DNA of 64,000 bases from Alphaproteobacteria bacterium (GTDB lineage Bacteria > Pseudomonadota > Alphaproteobacteria > MPNO01 > UBA830), in assembly GCA_965243135.1 (NCBI GenBank), contig OZ251539.1, positions 2,560,001-2,624,000 of the forward strand. Reading direction: 5' to 3'. Below are positions 60,668-64,000 of the stretch, piece after piece; position 1 is the first letter of the stretch; every line of letters begins with the position of its first letter. A model generated the notes under the pieces. It saw only the letters and a program-made list of their open reading frames with translations, ran no database searches and had not been told where the DNA came from. Both the position numbers and the translations under genes were made by a program.

Positions 60668-62203
60668 TCAGACGGTCTCGAACTCGAACCCGACGATGTT
60701 GCGCTCCACCCGACCGAACTCGATCAGGTGGACCGGAACGCCCGGACGCCGGTACTTGTCCGCGTAGCCGCGCTCCCGAGCCAACGCCCGCCCTTCCGGC
60801 TTCCCGTCCGCGACCTTGAACTCGAACAGGTAGACGCCGCCGCCGTGCAGGACCGTCAGGTCCGAGCGGCCGCGCGCCGTGCTCTCCTCGGCGCGGACGT
60901 CCATCCCCGCCGCCACGAAGTGCGAGTAGAACACGCTCGCGTAGTGCGCCTCGTAACCCGCCATGCCCGTGTTCGCGTACCACTCGTTCGGAATGCTCGC
61001 CAGGAACGCCCGGAACAGCCGTTCGACGCCTGCGAAATCGTTCTCGCGCATCAGGCAACGCAGCTCCCGGCTCTCCGCCGCGACCGCGACGTCCGGCGCC
61101 ATCGCCTCCAGCAGGAGCGCGTTCAGGCTGCGCTTCACCTCATGGTTCGGGTAGTCCAGCCGGTAAAGGGGCGCATCCTCGTCCAGCTTCTCGTCGGCGA
61201 TGGTCAGATAACCGGTCTGGAACAACAGCGTTTCGACGGGAATGCGGTCGACGTCGATGGCCGACAGCAGGTCGTCGTTGGCGAACATGCCCTCCAGGGC
61301 CGGAGCCGAGACCCGGCGCCGCGCCAGAAGATCGGCGAGGAAGGTCGGCGTGCCGCTCTGGAACCAGTACGGGCGGAATCTGCGCTTGTCGAACAGCAGC
61401 AGGATGTCGTGCGGGTTGTAGACCCTCTCCGGTCCGAGCCAGTTGTAGCCGTTGTACCAGCGGCGGACCTCGTCCCGGTCCAGGCCCTCGAGTTCCGGGG
61501 CGAAGACCGCGTCCAGTTCGTCGTCGGTATAGCCGCATATGGCGCCGTAGCGCTCGTCCAGCGTGATGTCGTTCAGGTTGTTCAGGCCCGAGAACAGGCC
61601 CGCCTGCGAGAACTTGCTCACCCCCGTCAGGAAAACGAAACGGAGCTGCTCGTCGCAGGCCTTGATCACCCCGTACAGGCTGCACAGGAAGTCGCGGTTG
61701 GCCAGCGCCAGGTCCCGGTCGCCGAGCGCGTCCAGAATCGGCTTGTCGTATTCGTCCACCAGAACGACCGCCCGCTGCCCGGTGCGCTCGTGCAGCGTCC
61801 TTATCAGGCGCCGGAAACGGACCGCCGTCCCGGCGGGGCCCGGCTCGAGGCCGGCCTGCATCTCCGTCTCTTCCAGTTGCGCTTCCACGGTTCCCCGAAC
61901 CCCGTCCGGGCCGTCGAAACGGCCCACGCCGCTGAAATCCAGCCGCACGACCGGATGGCGCGCCGACCAGTCCCACCCGTCGTGCACGGCGAGGCCCCGG
62001 AACAGCTCCTCGCTTCCCTCGAACAGCTTCTGCAGCGTGTCCACCAGGAGGGTCTTGCCGAACCGGCGCGGACGCGACAGGAAATAGTACTTGCCCCTCT
62101 CGACGAGGCGGCGCACATGCTCCGTCTTGTCGACGTAGTAGCAATCCATCCCCCGGATCTCCCGGAGGGAGGTCATGCCGGTCGGAAGCATGCGTCTCGT
62201 CAT
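60668..62203 (-). CDS. AAA-ATPase-like + PD-(D/E)XK nuclease protein, copy 3
   Basis: Same motifs as copies 1 and 2; C-terminal half more divergent, with two short in-frame deletions near the end. Confidence 0.88.
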   Translation of the reverse strand: MTRRMLPTGMTSLREIRGMDCYYVDKTEHVRRLVERGKYYFLSRPRRFGKTLLVDTLQKLFEGSEELFRGLAVHDGWDWSARHPVVRLDFSGVGRFDGPDGVRGTVEAQLEETEMQAGLEPGPAGTAVRFRRLIRTLHERTGQRAVVLVDEYDKPILDALGDRDLALANRDFLCSLYGVIKACDEQLRFVFLTGVSKFSQAGLFSGLNNLNDITLDERYGAICGYTDDELDAVFAPELEGLDRDEVRRWYNGYNWLGPERVYNPHDILLLFDKRRFRPYWFQSGTPTFLADLLARRRVSAPALEGMFANDDLLSAIDVDRIPVETLLFQTGYLTIADEKLDEDAPLYRLDYPNHEVKRSLNALLLEAMAPDVAVAAESRELRCLMRENDFAGVERLFRAFLASIPNEWYANTGMAGYEAHYASVFYSHFVAAGMDVRAEESTARGRSDLTVLHGGGVYLFEFKVADGKPEGRALARERGYADKYRRPGVPVHLIEFGRVERNIVGFEFETV

Positions 62204-62209
62204 CCGAAG

Positions 62210-62238
62210 AGGGTAGGCCGCCATGCCGGAGCCGTCAA
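62210..62238 (-). promoter_or_regulatory. Sigma70 promoter, leaderless type (copy 3)
   Basis: TTGACG-17bp-TACCCT-6bp-ATG. Confidence 0.7.
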
Positions 62239-62329
62239 GGAGGAGACGGAGTCCGGCCGAGCGCTGGCCGTGCGCCGCGCTTTCCCTCGGCAGCGCGTCC
62301 CGCCAGGCTGGCGATGCGCAAGGCGGCGG

Positions 62330-62520
62330 CACCTGCCGAAATGTCCGAACGGAACGTCCAACCCGTCCGGCTCCCGGCTTCAGACGGTCTCGAACCCGAC
62401 GACGTTGCGCTCCTCCCGGCCGATCAGGTGGACCGGAACGCCCGGACGCCGGTACTTGTCCGCGTAGCCGCGCTCCTGCGCTAGCGCTCGCCCCTTCCCG
62501 TCCGCGACCTTGAACTCGAA
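62330..62520 (-). pseudogene. 3' fragment and downstream flank of a fourth AAA-nuclease copy (repeat of ~60625-60826)
   Basis: FEFKVADGK..ERGYADKYRRPGVPVHLIG..RNVVGFETV* plus shared flank cctgccgaaatgtccgaacgg. Confidence 0.85.
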
Positions 62521-62569
62521 TTCGCCGCTTGCGGCGCATGTCGTCCTGCGCGCCGCCCCTGCTGCCGCC

Positions 62570-63180
62570 TCGCGGACGGTACCCGTACCGCTTCTCGAAG
62601 TCCCGGCCGACCCTGCGCAGGCAAAGGCCGAGCGCCTTCGAAGCAAGGTTCTCGCAAGGCACCAGGAAACGGCTCAGACCGAGAACGCGGCGCAGATGCC
62701 GCTCCCGCGTCTACCTGTCCCAGCCGGGCATTCCGCGCCGCAAGATGTTGCGCCGGCGCGGCGACCGCGCCCAGCCAGCCATGCGCCCCAGGTAACGCAG
62801 TTGGTGACCGGCATGGCGCGCCGCTCCCCGAGGATGCTCGCGCGCAGCCAACTCGGTCCACAGTTGGCGCTGGCCCGCCGTTTCCACCCAGCCGAAGCCC
62901 CGCAACCAGCCCGGTCCGGAACGCCCGACGGCAACGGCGCCGCACGCCCCAGACCCCGTGGCCGACCGCCGCCGCCGCGGTTGCGGGGCGGCTGCAACTT
63001 GCCGGCTCCGTCGAGTTCGCGCAGGACTGTCGTGCAACTCGCCTGCTGCAACCGACTGCGGGCGTCGCGGAACCCGAACGCCTCGCAGACCCGGCGGGCC
63101 GCGCGACTGTCGCCCGGGTCGAGAACCGAGCTCAACCGCGCCTGCCCTTCGGCGGAGGTGCGCCGGTTCCGTTCGTACAT
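62570..63180 (-). pseudogene. DUF4338-type transposase-associated gene relic
   Basis: Frameshifted fragments: ARRVCEAFGFRDAR..LQ.ASC; EHP.G...GHQLRYL; GWDR..RERHL.RV.GLSRFL; NLASKALG....DFEKRYGYRP. Confidence 0.65.
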
Positions 63181-63304
63181 GAGCCCGTCATGGGCAGGCG
63201 AATCGAGTGTGTTCAGAAAAAATGCAGCTAATGGGAAGGCTGCGCCGGTGGACGACGGCGGGCGGCGGCGGCATATTGTCCGCCGATCCAGAAGGAGGAA
63301 ATTC

Positions 63305-64000
63305 GTGAGACTGGGCGACATTCTGCGACTGGCCGCACGGCGGACCCCGCGCAAGGTCGCCATCGTCGCGGACGACCGGCGGCTCGCCTACGCAGAGCTC
63401 GACCGGCAGGCGAACCGGTTCGCGCGCTTTCTCGCCGGCTGCGGCGTCGTCAAGGGCGACCGCGTCGCCTGCATCCTGTTCAACGGACCGGAATACGCCG
63501 TCGTTCATTTCGGCAACGCCCGGGCCGGCAGCGTCCTCGTGCACGTCTCGCCGGCGTACGCGGCGCCGGAGATCGCCCGCATCGTCGAGCGAACCCGCCC
63601 GCGCATCCTCGTCGTCGACGAAACCGTCGTCGACAAGGTCGCCGGCCTCGCGGAACCCACGCTCGTCGTCGGTTCCCGGGAAGGCGCCTGCGCCTTCGAG
63701 CGCGCGATATCGGAACAGCCGGACAGCGCGCCCGACGTCGACGTCGATCCCGCGGACCCGGTCGCCATGACGTTCACCGGCGGCACCACCGGCGAACCCA
63801 AGGGCGCGGTGGTCAGCCACGCCGCCCGCTACGTCTCCGCCTGGACGACGGCGATCGAGCACCGCGTCGCCGGCAACGACGTGACCGGCATCGTGACGCC
63901 CATGTATCACGCGATCGGGCTGATGGTCTGGTATCAGGCCACGGTGCTGGCGGGTTGCACCTCGGTCGTGTTCCGCAAATGGAACCCGATGGAATTCGTC
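63305..64000 (+). CDS. AMP-binding acyl-CoA synthetase (partial, runs off the window)
   Basis: SD AGGAGG and GTG start; YAELDRQANR, KGDRVA, FTGGTTGEPKG. Confidence 0.9.
   Translation, partial: MRLGDILRLAARRTPRKVAIVADDRRLAYAELDRQANRFARFLAGCGVVKGDRVACILFNGPEYAVVHFGNARAGSVLVHVSPAYAAPEIARIVERTRPRILVVDETVVDKVAGLAEPTLVVGSREGACAFERAISEQPDSAPDVDVDPADPVAMTFTGGTTGEPKGAVVSHAARYVSAWTTAIEHRVAGNDVTGIVTPMYHAIGLMVWYQATVLAGCTSVVFRKWNPMEFV

Noticed and set aside
60668-62520. Copy 3 C-terminus and upstream fragment as a DGR variable/template repeat pair
   Set aside because: Differences include deletions and non-adenine changes, the non-coding flank is also duplicated, and there is no reverse transcriptase in the window
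62204-62662. N-terminal extension of the 664-aa ORF (and similar extensions of copies 1 and 2)
   Set aside because: Read-through of pseudogene and promoter DNA; paralog alignment and promoter geometry place the start at M(T/A)xRMLP
1-64000. CRISPR array or integron attC array
   Set aside because: No regularly spaced short repeats, cas genes or intI seen

Overview
High-GC bacterial chromosome segment. The purS-purQ-purL-bolA-grxD synteny and the tRNA-Met sequence suggest an alphaproteobacterium (inference). Left part: hipA, purSQL, bolA-grxD, bcp, a type-2 IleRS, a pyridine-ring catabolic cluster (nicC/nicX-like genes, TRAP, Rieske oxygenase, SDR), an arylsulfotransferase and further TRAP/TAXI/BASS transporters. 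Centre (~30.1-48.35 kb): a decaying defence/mobile island next to the 3' end of tRNA-Met. It holds an IS1380-split primase-like gene, an intact mrr, relics of an integrase, Vsr, a C5-MTase/NotI-like R-M pair, a group II intron and an N4-MTase, and an intact uncharacterised module (HicA-like + ParB/Srx-like 673 aa, convergent with a ~1245 aa RecD-like helicase-nuclease). Right part: an ABC/RraA/cupin/MetE-like operon, Prx6, radical SAM, a MITE and other decayed elements. Three full copies and one fragment of an AAA-ATPase + PD-(D/E)XK gene are dispersed through the window. Each full copy has its own leaderless-type sigma70 promoter, and the copies show shared flanks and mosaic variable blocks. 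The best candidates for undescribed systems are this paralog family and the intact island module. All family assignments come from motif recognition by eye; no database search was run.
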